This document shows, one piece after another, positions 11,037 to 22,629 of a DNA stretch of 64,000 nt. The translations under genes and the position numbers were made by a program. Position 1 is the first letter of the stretch. Each line of letters starts with the position of its first letter. The DNA is from a bacterium (GTDB taxonomy: Bacteria; SM23-31). Below the pieces are notes generated by a model. It was not told where the DNA came from. It saw nothing but the letters and a program-made list of their open reading frames with translations, and ran no database searches. The DNA lies in contig OZ244870.1 of NCBI GenBank assembly GCA_965221205.1, positions 1,763,241-1,827,240 of the forward strand, in the 5' to 3' direction.

Positions 11037-11609
11037 TTACAAATCTCCTGAATATTTGACAACGCGATGAATAAATACAAATTCGCTTATATCATGGACG
11101 CATATTTCATAACTTTCATTTTCAGGAATTAGATGAACTGAATTGCCAATTTGTTTAAATCTCTTAATTCCAGCATCGCTGTTCTCTTTTATCCTGAAAA
11201 CAACAATACTATTATTGGTAACTTCTGAATTAGGACTTACGGTAACATCTGTTCCGTCTTTAAGTAGGGGTTTCATCGAATCACCACGAACGACAAGAGC
11301 GTACGCGCTAAGATTCCTAACATTTGACGATATGTAACGATCTGAATGCCCGACAATGAACTCTTGATCGGTGAAATCGGCCGGTTCTCCGGCTGGAATA
11401 TCATTTAAAACTGGAATGGGCCTTAATTTTACAGGGTGCAAATTATCCCACCAGCCGGGGTCTTTAGGTATGAGGAATGTCGTTTGTTGGCCTTGTTGCT
11501 TTACACCCACTATTTCAGCAAGCTTCGACGGGGTATATCCTTTGATTTTTCTACGGAAAATTATGCCTTTTCCAATGATATTTTTTAAATCAAATGATTT
11601 ATTTTCCAT
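11037..11609 (-). CDS. CI/LexA-like repressor with S24 peptidase domain; HTH appears internally truncated
   Basis: RRKIKGYTPSKLAEIVGVKQ (start of an XRE HTH), IPAG cleavage site, VRGDSM (Ser), GIKR (Lys), LIPEN. Confidence 0.88.
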   Translation of the reverse strand: MENKSFDLKNIIGKGIIFRRKIKGYTPSKLAEIVGVKQQGQQTTFLIPKDPGWWDNLHPVKLRPIPVLNDIPAGEPADFTDQEFIVGHSDRYISSNVRNLSAYALVVRGDSMKPLLKDGTDVTVSPNSEVTNNSIVVFRIKENSDAGIKRFKQIGNSVHLIPENESYEICVHDISEFVFIHRVVKYSGDL

Positions 11610-11715
11610 GAGTAAATACTTAATTTAATAAAAATTTACAACATTATTGATGTATATTACCAACAAGACAAGATGCCGACAACGTGATTGCATGTAATAT
11701 ACAAGGAAATGTAGC

Positions 11716-11916
11716 ATGAGTAAAGAACAAAATGATATTGGTGTTCAAATTCGGATTCGCAATAAAACTCATCGACAGATAGGAGTTTTAAGAAAACTCG
11801 ATAAGCGCAGTTATAATATTGATGAGATCGATTTTATTGTCGAGAAGTATTTTGATGAACATCCGGATGTTATTCCAGAAATGAAAGAATCAATCAAACA
11901 AGAAGTCAATGCTTAG
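11716..11916 (+). CDS. Small divergent DNA-binding protein (Cro position, RHH-like)
   Basis: 66 aa, divergent from the repressor, VQIRIR beta-strand-like N-terminus, AAGGA RBS. Confidence 0.6.
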   Translation: MSKEQNDIGVQIRIRNKTHRQIGVLRKLDKRSYNIDEIDFIVEKYFDEHPDVIPEMKESIKQEVNA

Positions 11917-12011
11917 TAAGATATTTATTCTAATTTTTTTTGTCAACGTGTTTCGGTTCGTGGAATTTTTACAGAATCCACGAATTCGTGGATTTGAAAA
12001 ATAAGGTAAAT

Positions 12012-12425
12012 ATGAGTGAAAAAATCGATATAAATATTGAATACATTCACAGATACGGTTCATTAAAAGACTTGGTTCAGTCATGGGTACAAAATATACC
12101 CGAATCATATTCTATGAGTATTGCGGAAATAGCGAGGCGAATGAAGGTTCCGGAAAACACATTAAGAGACTGGTTAATCAGAGGATTTCCTGTAGCAGCA
12201 ATTGTATTGTTACCACAGTTTAAGCAATTCATAGAGTTTCTTATAGAGCTCCACCACAAATTAAATAAGGGTGACTTTGATCCACCCGAACCAATAGATG
12301 AATTGGATGTTGAACGCCTATGGCTGGAATTAAAAGTCTCCAAAAAGAATAATAATCCGGTACGTGCACGAAACGCAAAAAATGAACTAATGTTAAAAAT
12401 CCGTGAGTTTGAAGTACCAGTGTAA
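12012..12425 (+). CDS. HTH-containing phage-type regulatory protein
   Basis: MSIAEIARRMKVPENTLRDWL helix-turn-helix. Confidence 0.7.
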   Translation: MSEKIDINIEYIHRYGSLKDLVQSWVQNIPESYSMSIAEIARRMKVPENTLRDWLIRGFPVAAIVLLPQFKQFIEFLIELHHKLNKGDFDPPEPIDELDVERLWLELKVSKKNNNPVRARNAKNELMLKIREFEVPV

Positions 12426-12441
12426 GAAGAGGATATGTCAA

Positions 12442-12624
12442 ATGTCAAGTCCATGGATTAAAGGCTATAAAGGTGTTGCTGAGTATTTCAATACCAATAA
12501 AGACACTGTTAAGCATTGGCATCACAATAGCGGACTGCCAGGACATAGAAGGGGCAAATGGATTTATTTCCACAGAAATGAGATTGACAAATGGATGTTG
12601 CAAAATGAAGGAGTCACAGCTTAA
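12442..12624 (+). CDS. Excisionase-type HTH protein
   Basis: GVAEYFNTNKDTVKHW...LPGHRRGKWIYFHRNEIDKWM; overlaps the integrase start. Confidence 0.85.
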   Translation: MSSPWIKGYKGVAEYFNTNKDTVKHWHHNSGLPGHRRGKWIYFHRNEIDKWMLQNEGVTA

Positions 12625-13643
12625 TGTCATATCATATTTCTGTTGCACTTGAAAAGCAAAGAAGCGGTATTTACCGGATTCGATTCCAATTGAATGGTGA
12701 TCAATGAATCAGCTTAAAAACTAAGGATGGGAGAACAGCAGAAAAAAGAAGATTTGACTGGGAACAGAGGTTAAACTCCGACGGCTATGTTGCACCGGCA
12801 ATGAATATTTATTCGAGGAAGTCACTTACAAAAAGAAAAGCCACTGGAATAATGTTATTTATAGAACTCCTTACATAAAAAGAGAATTGAGAAATAAATT
12901 GCTAAAAACTATCACTGCCAATGATTTTAAAATGTTCCTTTTCAATTTGGAAAAAATAACAGGCAAAACCTTGAAGAAATCCACAATAATATAGATGGCA
13001 TGATCATTTATCAGCTTTCTGTAGTTTTGCCGTCAAAAAAGGATATATAGACAAAAATCCCACGAGAGATATTGCGAAATTTAAGGAAAATAAAACATCG
13101 TCGGGAATCCGGCATTTATCAATAGAAGAATGCACAAGATTCATAGAATCAACACCGGAAACCAAACCCATTTTGGCGACCTATATATGTACCGGAATGC
13201 GACAAGGTGAGATGATCGGGCTAATGTGGGATGATGTTGATTTCGAAAATGACATTATAAGGATAAGAAGAAATCGTAACATTTCCACGAAGGGTAACAA
13301 GGAACGTGTGATAGGTATCAATGATGAATTAAAACCAATACTCAAAGAATGGAAAAAGATTGCACCAAAAAGCGAATTTGTGTTCCCGGCACCTAACAAA
13401 AAGATGAGGAAGTCCGATTTCGGGACGGCATTTAAAACCGCATTAAAGAACGCAGATATTGAAGGAGTTACCGAACACAATTTACGTCATACTTGTGCAA
13501 GTCTCTTATCTAAAGCCGGAGTTGAAACTGTTGAGATTCAACGTATTTTAGGCCATAGTGACATCAATACAACATTAAGATATATTCACTACACAGTGAA
13601 GGATTTACAACAGTCAATCAACAAGATAAAATTAACGGATTAG
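12624..13643 (+). pseudogene. Tyrosine integrase, N-terminal half broken
   Basis: Catalytic domain is intact (TGMRQGE, TKG, HNLRH, LGHSDI, LRY); upstream 12624-13170 has stops and frameshifts. Confidence 0.9.
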
Positions 13644-13786
13644 TCATATATGCGTTAGTGTATTTATAGAGCATGGTTGAGGAAACATGGCAAGAATTTG
13701 GCATACTTTTGAAAATAGGCGATTTTTGAGACTTCATTATTCGAGGTTCATTAATGCTTGTAAGTTTTTATACTACAGAAGGTTAG

Positions 13787-13879
13787 CGGGAGCGTGTGGG
13801 AATCGAACCCACCGGTTCTGCATAACAGAACCCATCGGTTTTGAAGACCGTGACCGGCACCAGCCACGCATGCGCTCCC
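13787..13879 (-). tRNA. selC: tRNA-Sec (UCA)
   Basis: GGGAGCG.../...CGCTCCC-G acceptor, UGGU D-loop, CU-UCA-AA anticodon loop (TCA at 13844-13842), long variable arm GGTTCTG-TTATG-CAGAACC, GTGGG-TTCGATT-CCCAC T arm. Confidence 0.93.
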
Positions 13880-14109
13880 TTGTGTAAAATTGGCATAAGT
13901 ATACAAATTAATATCCATACTAACAAGTCTCTTTTCAGTGTAATTTGTTCATGTAAGCCCATATTGTATGTTGGTATAAAGTTTATTCTTACACTGAATT
14001 GAAGAGAACAATGTGGAGAAATAATGATTATTATAGAATTCTGCGGAATGCCTTATGTTAATTCTTGGGGTTGATATAATGGTTAGCAATGAAACAAAAT
14101 AAATATGAA

Positions 14110-14481
14110 TTACTGTTTAAAGAGAGTAATTAAAATCGCACCGTAGCGGCTGTCAACACCAATTACCGAAGGATCAAATTGGCTGATGTATTCAATCATA
14201 AATACATTCCGAGAAGGCATTTGATAAATGCTGTCATAATACAAAACCTTCGTGCCGTCAATGTAAAAAATAGGTGTATTCTGTCTGCTCAACCTTCCGC
14301 TCCCCATCCATTGGGGCCGAAATGTCCTAATGAGGTTATAAACGTTCATAGTCTGTCCTCGAAGAATTTCATCCCGGAGAATTACGTTTTGATGAATTCG
14401 AATCGACGACCCACTTTGGGATACTCTAGAACATGAAGTGGTTACCGCACACAACACAATAATAAAGAGTATTCTCTTCAT
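14110..14481 (-). CDS. Small lipoprotein, TonB-plug-like fold
   Basis: MKRILFIIVLCAVTTSC lipobox; NVYNLIRTFRPQW, PIFYIDG, IEYI...YGAILIT resemble stand-alone plug domains. Confidence 0.65.
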   Translation of the reverse strand: MKRILFIIVLCAVTTSCSRVSQSGSSIRIHQNVILRDEILRGQTMNVYNLIRTFRPQWMGSGRLSRQNTPIFYIDGTKVLYYDSIYQMPSRNVFMIEYISQFDPSVIGVDSRYGAILITLFKQ

Positions 14482-14950
14482 AGTATGTTGCAAGGTTGAG
14501 ACACTTAGATTCATTGAGGGGGAACTCATACGACTAAACATATTGTTAAAGATGGTTAATGTCAAGCTCAAACCATCATGAATGTACTGTAATATGAAAA
14601 ATTGCTCAATACAGAATTTGATATAGACATTTTGCAGTATAAGATTGAATTTATAGTTCTGGAATTTATCCATATTTAATTTGTAATACCCAGTATTATC
14701 TAGGAAGATGCTGCGGAAGGTAACATCCAAAGAGCAAAAGTATCTTTTGCCTCTCTCAGTCCAAAAAATCTACTTGAAAGAGATATAAATTTTACTAAAG
14801 AACCTTATTTTGTCAATTCTTTTCCACTAACATTTTTTTCAAATGTTTTCGTTTGGTTTTTCACAGTAGTATATTTGTAATAAAACATTCAATCCTTTGA
14901 ATATCCGCCCGATAGTTATCATCTGCAGTAAATAACACTTTCTTACCGTT

Positions 14951-15052
14951 AAAAAAACGCGCGCGAGGAACTATTTGAAACCGAAAAGATTGGGAAAGAC
15001 GATGACACCGAACTGGCGCACAACCGAACCATGTGGATCTCGCGTGGCACGG
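14951..15052 (+). repeat. Collapsed remnant homologous to the leader and 5' end of the DNA methyltransferase at 48862
   Basis: 32-bp identity aaaccgaaaagattgggaaagacgatgacacc (14978-15009 vs 48838-48869), plus shared aaaaacgcgcgcg, accatgtgga and ctcgc.tggcacgg. Confidence 0.88.
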
Positions 15053-15188
15053 GGCTTGTATGGCAGCAGAGAATTTAGATCGCCAATGGGTCGGTATTGA
15101 ACTGTTATATGAAGCTCAGGAACTTGTAAAGTCAAGATTCAATGAAAATTATAGGTATATCTTGCAATGTCAATCTTGTTCTGAACCC

Positions 15189-15614
15189 CTACAGGTCACC
15201 TAAATACGTAATAATATTCTGCAAAGATTCAGGAATATTAGCTTCACTTGGAGAATACACTCTAACAGTTTCGGTTTTTCCTTCATATATATAGACTATT
15301 ATATGATCATCTCCATCAGCAACACTAGCGAAATATTCTGGATCATACTGAGAAAAATTGCTGAACAATTGAATGAGGGAATCCTGTTGAGTAGTAGTCA
15401 AAACACCACGCGAACTTGTTAAGGAATCATCGATATCAGAGAATTTTTGAACTGTTCCGTCGCCAAATATATCAAGCTGAGAAGTGCTTCCTGAAACCCC
15501 AATAGTTTTAGAATAATGGATTTCCATTTTCGAGAATTCATGCGAAGTTCCAGATTCAGTTGAGTGATTGCAACTGAATATAATTAAAAAACTACACCCA
15601 ATTTTAATGCTCAT
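15189..15614 (-). CDS. Hypothetical lipoprotein
   Basis: 141-aa ORF with IIFSC lipobox. Confidence 0.6.
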   Translation of the reverse strand: MSIKIGCSFLIIFSCNHSTESGTSHEFSKMEIHYSKTIGVSGSTSQLDIFGDGTVQKFSDIDDSLTSSRGVLTTTQQDSLIQLFSNFSQYDPEYFASVADGDDHIIVYIYEGKTETVRVYSPSEANIPESLQNIITYLGDL

Positions 15615-15921
15615 TAATAAATCTTACATTTCTTCTACCAAATGACTGCTTATTTGAAGCTGTTAAGCCGCAAATTGCCTCCATATATGCTAATAGAGAA
15701 CTTTTTGTCTTGGGCGTAAAGAAACTCTACTTAAACTAAGGGAGATTCGTGATGTGTGGGCGTAAAGCAAGGAAGAGAGAAAAATACCAAATAGCAAGAT
15801 AATACAAATTAAGATTCGAATTGATCTTATAGCCACGCTGACCTCTGTTACACGTATCTATAGGTCGACAGAACATTTTGTGCTTCTCACTCTTACTTTG
15901 AATAATTACTGCTCATTTTGT

Positions 15922-16926
15922 TTAGTTGAATAATTGCGGAGTCCATACCGGGGTATCAATTTGCCATATTTCTCCGAAATATAATAGAGTCTGATTGGAA
16001 CCGTCAGCATTCACACTATTTATTGAGTAGTCTCCACCTCTTTTTAATATAAACACAATCTTTGAACCATCCGGTGACCATGAAGGGTAAGAAAGATTTG
16101 ACTCTTCATTAACACTGACAACTTTTATACGATTTTTACCATCTTCATCCATTATATAGATACCATTTCCATCAATTCTCGATAAGAATGCTATTTTTGA
16201 TCCATCGAATGACCATGATGGATGATTATCACCATATACTATGTTATCGGTTAAATTTTTCAAATTAGTGCCATCAACATCCATCACAAAAATATCGCGC
16301 CCATAGTCACCATCTGCAGTAAATAACACTCTCTTACCGTTGGGTGACAACTCATAAAATTCATGAGAAAGACCAATATCCACTAATTTTGTCATGTATG
16401 AACCCTCAATGTAGATAGAATAAATCGTTTTATGACTAATGAAATCTTCCATGGATTCATTATTATTGCTCCGTAACAAAATTGAATTAGGCATCATAGT
16501 CAGAGCAAATATGATTTGCAAGCCATCATTTGACCATGATAGTTTACTATCAATAAAATAGTTTACGTCGATATGTGAGAAGTCGGTGATCAATCACTGT
16601 TGTGAACCGTCACTGTTCATAATATTTAAGTTAAATACTGTATCAAATAGATTTACCCCTCTTCCAATATATGCGATCTTTGAACCATCGGGAGACCATG
16701 CAGGAGCATAGCTATCATATCCATTATTTGGTAAGGGAGTTACGTTCGTGCCATCGGTATTCATCACATAGATTCCATTACTATAAGCTCTACCTAAATA
16801 AAATGCAATTTTTGGATTAATCGGAATTATTTTCTGAGGTTCAGTCGGGAAAATTTTACTACAAAAAATAAATACTGAAAATAAGCCAAGACAGGCAAGC
16901 ATAAACCATATATTAAAACGTTTCAT
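15922..16926 (-). pseudogene. TolB-like PD40 beta-propeller lipoprotein with in-frame TGA
   Basis: PAWSPDGSKIA, PSWSFDGSKIAF and PSWSPDGSKIVF repeats; the two ORFs abut in frame across TGA at 16594-16596. Confidence 0.88.
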
Positions 16927-17309
16927 CTCAGTTGATCCCTAATTACAAAAGTATATTAGATACATTCCACCGTACGTACCATTACAGGGAGTTAATTATA
17001 TTAGGGCAAAAACTATTCCAATAGATATCAGGATTATTGCAGCATTATAACTAGTAAATAAACAATAGTTTTCAATTTATCCTTCAATATTATTATGAAA
17101 AATAGTGCAATAATTTGCACTGCACAAAAGTGTATGTGACTGTTTCCGGGATAGATACTACATTATATACCATGATATACCATGCACTATGATTTTTATT
17201 CAGTATAAAATTCCCATACCGAATTTTACTGCAAATTATACAAAGGAGGGGCGGGATACATCAATACCTGCATATGCCGCCTCTATGCTTATAGCATTGT
17301 TTTTACACA

Positions 17310-19383
17310 TTACTTTATTAAGACCATTCGCTTTGTTTGAATGAAATCACCTGCTTCAAGCTTATAAATATAGGTACCGCTTGAATACTTACTGGCATCC
17401 CAGGTAACTGAGTATAATCCAATCGTCTGCCGGGTGTCGACAAGTTGAGCAACTTCTTGTCCAAGACTATTGTATATGACAAGCTTCACATGCGCTGCCT
17501 CGGGCAGTTGATATTTGATCTCGGTCGTAAGATTAAATGGATTTGGAAAATTCTGCTCCAAACCATACGAACTGGGCAGATGGCTATCGGCAGAAATTTT
17601 TCCTGCTAAATACTCCACTTCCTTAAATGCATACACACCAGTAAATAACGCATCTCTAACGGTTACGCCTACTGTCACATCTGCGTTGTCTATAAAGTAT
17701 GTTGCTTCAGAGGCTCTGCCTCCTCCATCATCCCAGGTATATGTATAAGGTGGAATTCCATCGTGGACATGTGCTTCATATGTATAATAATCTGGATCGT
17801 AAATACGCGGCGGCGCATATATATGAACATTTAATTGAGGATAATTAATTCCATGTGCATCAAATGCATCTATAATATCATTTGTATTTGCACTATGACC
17901 ATTAGTAAGCGCTGCTGTGATTAAACCTTCTAGTTCATCTACAAATGTAGGGGAAGAATCCAAATTATTTAAAGATTCCAGTACATCTTCATCAGCATCG
18001 GATGCAGTGACATCAACATCGCTTCTATAATCCCACAAGGCACCGGAAAGTATCCTACTATTTTCATAAATTTCTGTATCTGCATCTATGTAATCATCCA
18101 TGGTAAAAGTATTATCCAAATCTCTTATTTGGTCAGGTATAAACATAAAAGCATACGTCCCAATTTTGGTCGAGCTTACTCCACCTTTTGCATTTTTATA
18201 CGCATTTGATAACACCTTCAATCTTATAAACACCACTGTCTTTAAAAGTTATAGTATTAGATCCATATAATTGGGCTTGTCCATAAAGCGTTTGATGATG
18301 AACTACAATGTTTATTTGCGGTACTTTATTTGACGGCATTCCTAATCCAATTAACCATGCGGCAAATTCATCACCATGATAATATGCCATTACTTCATCA
18401 AAATGTGTATTTGTTGGTTCATAATCAAATTCAGGAACTGACTCAAAAGCCTCACTCCCACCAGTACCATTAATCACGCGCACATTATCTCCAAATAAAA
18501 CATACGGTGGACGATCTCTTAATCTTTGTAATGTTTTCGTAACAGGACTACCATTCAGAGGATTTGTTTGATAAATTTCTCCGGAACCAGAAATGCCTGT
18601 TGCTAAACTTTTCTTGGAAAATATATTCCCATTTTGAGCATCAATCAAATACCACGTAGTCGGAGCGTCTGTTATATACGCTTTTGTAGCATATTCTAAT
18701 TTATATGATACGTTTCCCGATTCCTTATCCAAAACCTTAATTTTGAGAACAGGTTCATCTATATTTTATTATTTTTTTTACCAACGAGATCGGATTGTAT
18801 AACTAAAAATGCCTGCAAAGAGGATATAGACGGATTCGTATTGACCTTGATATCCGGAAAATAATCACCGGTCATATAATAGATAACACCATCATTAATC
18901 TACAGCAACTAAATAACCACTTTCAAGAATAGGAACATTATTATACTTTTGTGTAAAAGTAAGTCTTGTTCCCCCTTTTTCAGTATAATTTTCATTGATA
19001 ATTTCCAATTCATTTTGGACGTTTTTAATACCGAATATTAGTTTTTCATCATTTAAAAATGCACGTGCAATTTGCTTCGGAGTACCTTGAAATTTTGTAA
19101 TTTTAGAACCAAGCAATGAATATGGAATGCCTGTTTTTTCATTCCAACGAATTTACCATTTGTAATCAGAAATATCATGGAAATTTTCCATGGCAGCTTT
19201 CCGATCTCCTTTTTGCGTCTGTGATGTGCCTCTTGCAATTTTTCTTGCTCTTTGAGGTGATTTCACTTGTTACGAACTGTTCGAATGTCAACGTTTTCGG
19301 ACATCCGTTTCAAAATTAGGATTCAGATTTGTTTGCATAGCTTTAATAGTCTCTTTAAAATTATTAGGGTTATTGATTCTCAT
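17310..19383 (-). pseudogene. Secreted metalloprotease (M4/M36-like, FTP propeptide) with C-terminal sorting domain, fragmented
   Basis: FTQKYNNVPI and YLIDAQNG propeptide motifs, NTHFDEVMAYYH, SGALWD, LEQNFPNPFN...TKRMVLIK; several frameshifts. Confidence 0.75.
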
Positions 19384-20057
19384 TTTAACCTCTCTAAGGA
19401 GGTTATGAAAATTATGTTGACAAGAACCAATCAATTTGTTAAAATAAAATATGCCTTGAGAGTGATGGTGCTGTCAAGAATCAGGGGATCTCTCGGTTGG
19501 GTTTCCCTGTGACTTGTCCGGTTGCGGGAACTCCTTTATTATAGATTTGTTTTGCTAATGTAAATGTTTGATTTTAAAGCAGATTAAAATGTAGATGACT
19601 GAGGGGTCTCTGTACGAAGAAAGAATTAAAAATACGGATAGTATATTGTATAGTTCCAGTATTGAACAAGTTCCATAAATCGACAAATTATCTATACTAT
19701 GGTAATATATAAGCTTAAATTATACATATTTTGTATGATGAAGAGATTGATGCTATAAATAGAATTTGGACGATATAGACGATATAGAGGAGAGTTTGAT
19801 GGACATTACTGTCAGTAATAATTTAATCACCAAAAAATGTGGGTAAACTCCAGATTTATAATTCCCGAAAAATAGGTATGATAACGATAGTTAGAGCTTT
19901 CTTCTCTATAACAATATACAAATATATATTCTTGCGTTTAAACTTCCAAAGGGGTACTTTTATTCAAAATTATTGATTGCATGAAACCCTCACGTATCGA
20001 AGCAATTCTGAATTCCATTATCCACTGATTTTCACCTCAATGAAAAGGGAGTACGCA

Positions 20058-22409
20058 ATGCAAAAGTATCAGCGTCACCGTTTGGGCATTTTGTTTTTGA
20101 TAATGATTTCTGCTTTGTTTCTGAAATATTCAGAATCTTCAGCACAAAAAAGGGTAGGACCGACCTCTTCTGATCTACGCTTGCAGTGGTATCAGGAGCA
20201 TGTATCAAAAAAGGCAACATCTCCTTTTAAAAATCTCGAATGGCAATTCATAGGCCCTACGAATATTAGCGGTCGAGTCACAGATGTTGCAGTGATGACG
20301 CCGCGCGGAAGAACGTATACTATATTTGCTGCAGCAGCGTCCGGCGGCCTGTGGAAAACAGAGAACGAGGGAACAACCTGGGAGCCGGTGTTCGAACATG
20401 GTCCTTCTACATCCATAGGTGATGTTGCAGTAGCTCCATCTGATGGGGATATTATATGGGTTGGCCTCGGAGAGGCAAACATTTTCAGAAGTTCCATGGC
20501 AGGGGCTGGTCTCATGAAATCGACTGACAGAGGTTCCACGTGGGATTTCATGGGACTTGCGGGAACGCATACGATTGCCCGGATTGTAATCCATCCAGAC
20601 AATCCCTATATCATTTATGTCGCAGCTTCAGGACATGAATGGACAAACAATGAAGAAAGGGGAGTGTACAAAACATCCGATGGCGGAGAAACATGGGAAA
20701 AGATTCTATACATCGATGATAAAACGGGAGCAATCGATCTTGTAATTGATCCTGTTGACAGCAACACTTTATATGCTGCGTTTTGGCAGCGAATCCGTAA
20801 AAAGTGGAATGATCCCCGCAATGAACCGAATTACTCGGGAAGCGGACTTTACAAGACAATTGACGGCGGCTTGAACTGGTCTGAAATCAACTCCGGTCTT
20901 CCTCATGCTGAGATCAGGGGAAGAATCGGCATTGATGTGTCACAATCAAATCCCGATGTATTGTATGCATTTGTCGATAATTACGAAACGGCGGAGCATA
21001 AAATTCCTACAGAACGGGAAGACGGTTACGGTACACCGAATCGTATTATCAAAGGCGCAACAATATACCGTTCTGACAATAAGGGTCAAAACTGGCGACA
21101 GGTAAGTGAGTCGAGCGAGTATATGGAAGATATTTCGTCCACTTATGGCTGGGTTTTCGGTCAGATACGCGTTGATCCGAATGATGAAAATACCGTCTAT
21201 GTTATGGGAATCGATTTAAATGTTTCCTATGACGGCGGCAAAACTTTCAAGCCGTTGGAGGGAATGCATGGAGATCACCATGCACTTTGGATCGATCCTG
21301 ATAATTCTGATTATTTAGTGAATGGAAACGACGGTGGTATAGCAATTTCCTATGATAGCGGCCAAACATGGAAAACGTTTTATGACAATTTGCCTGTTGT
21401 ACAGTTTTTTAATATTGCCTATGACATGGATGATCCATTTCACGTATACGGTTCCGTTCAGGACCACGGAAGTTACCGCGGGATTATTGATCTGAAAGGT
21501 GAAAACGGCAGTATCGATCCAGTTCCTTATGAGCGTGCTCCCGGCGGTGAAGGAAGTAGTCATGCCGTGAATCCGATAAATCCTGATATTGTCTATTCAG
21601 CAGGATTTTATGGAAGAATTCAGCGGACCGACTATGGACAGCGTGATGAAAATAACCGGCCGAAAACAGAACAGATTTTTCCACGAACTGAGGCAGGGGA
21701 ACAGCCGCTGCGAGGGCAGTGGGTAGCGCCGTTTACCATTTCTCCTCATCACCCCGATGTGATCTACCACGGAATGCAGTATCTCTACCGATCTCAATAC
21801 CGGGGACTGACATTTGAACGGATCAGTCCCGATTTGACCTACAATGATCCGGATGAATTGGGTGATATCAGGTATCAAACTATTCTATCGATATCGGAAT
21901 CGCCTTTAAAATATGGATTGATTTATACAGGAACCGATGACGGAAAAGTGCATGTTACTGATGATGGCGGTAAGTCGTGGTCAGAAATCATGAAGGGACT
22001 ACCTTACAAAAAGTCTGTATCGCGTATTGTTTCTTCCGCTTTTCGCGAGGGAACAGTTTATATGGCACAGAACGGTAAGCGAGATGACGATTTTACTCCA
22101 TATCTCTGGAAATCGGATAATTATGGAAAAAAGTGGGAGGATTTATCAAGAGGAATTCCGAGCGGTCCGGTCAATGTGATTCGTGAAGACCCGCATCATG
22201 AAAATATCCTCTATACTGGTACTGATCTCGGCGTGTATGTTTCACGTGACCGGGGCGATTCGTGGCATAATCTATCCAATAATCTGCCGACAACCTACGT
22301 GCACGATTTGATAGTCCATCCGAGAGAAAATATTATGGTAATCGCCACGCACGGAAGAGGAATGTATGCACTTGATGTGGAACAGATTCAAAACTATAAA
22401 CCGGAATAG
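20058..22409 (+). CDS. VPS10/BNR-repeat glycosyl hydrolase-like protein
   Basis: GPTNISGRVTD, repeated SxDGGxTW (Asp-box) motifs, HGDHHALWIDP, ATHGRG; AGGGAG RBS. Confidence 0.9.
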   Translation: MQKYQRHRLGILFLIMISALFLKYSESSAQKRVGPTSSDLRLQWYQEHVSKKATSPFKNLEWQFIGPTNISGRVTDVAVMTPRGRTYTIFAAAASGGLWKTENEGTTWEPVFEHGPSTSIGDVAVAPSDGDIIWVGLGEANIFRSSMAGAGLMKSTDRGSTWDFMGLAGTHTIARIVIHPDNPYIIYVAASGHEWTNNEERGVYKTSDGGETWEKILYIDDKTGAIDLVIDPVDSNTLYAAFWQRIRKKWNDPRNEPNYSGSGLYKTIDGGLNWSEINSGLPHAEIRGRIGIDVSQSNPDVLYAFVDNYETAEHKIPTEREDGYGTPNRIIKGATIYRSDNKGQNWRQVSESSEYMEDISSTYGWVFGQIRVDPNDENTVYVMGIDLNVSYDGGKTFKPLEGMHGDHHALWIDPDNSDYLVNGNDGGIAISYDSGQTWKTFYDNLPVVQFFNIAYDMDDPFHVYGSVQDHGSYRGIIDLKGENGSIDPVPYERAPGGEGSSHAVNPINPDIVYSAGFYGRIQRTDYGQRDENNRPKTEQIFPRTEAGEQPLRGQWVAPFTISPHHPDVIYHGMQYLYRSQYRGLTFERISPDLTYNDPDELGDIRYQTILSISESPLKYGLIYTGTDDGKVHVTDDGGKSWSEIMKGLPYKKSVSRIVSSAFREGTVYMAQNGKRDDDFTPYLWKSDNYGKKWEDLSRGIPSGPVNVIREDPHHENILYTGTDLGVYVSRDRGDSWHNLSNNLPTTYVHDLIVHPRENIMVIATHGRGMYALDVEQIQNYKPE

Positions 22410-22629
22410 ATAACAGCTCAAAAGCTCCCTTTTTATCTATCTGTGCAATTCGAATAATCTCACAGCATCAACAACATAGGACAATTGTCTCGTTTTCCTA
22501 TTCCTGCACATTCAGCACGGGTCCTCAATATACCAATCTCCAATAATTTTTCAATACTTGGTGTAGCCTTTTCGGGTTTAGCGCATCTGTTTTTGTTGGA
22601 TTGAATCTGATCCAGTTTCCAAGTATAAC

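Larger units (their letters stand above)
8697..13800. mobile_element. Decayed integrative element (prophage/satellite remnant) at the 3' end of tRNA-Sec
   Basis: Tyrosine integrase pointing at the selC 3' end, an excisionase, a divergent S24 repressor / small DNA-binding gene pair and AT-rich cargo. The left boundary is approximate because no duplicated att core was found. Confidence 0.8.

Noticed and set aside
19440-19535. GC-richer stretch upstream of the protease pseudogene as a riboswitch
   Set aside because: Only weak pairing, and no match to the c-di-GMP or other aptamer consensus I can recognise; an Rfam scan would settle it.
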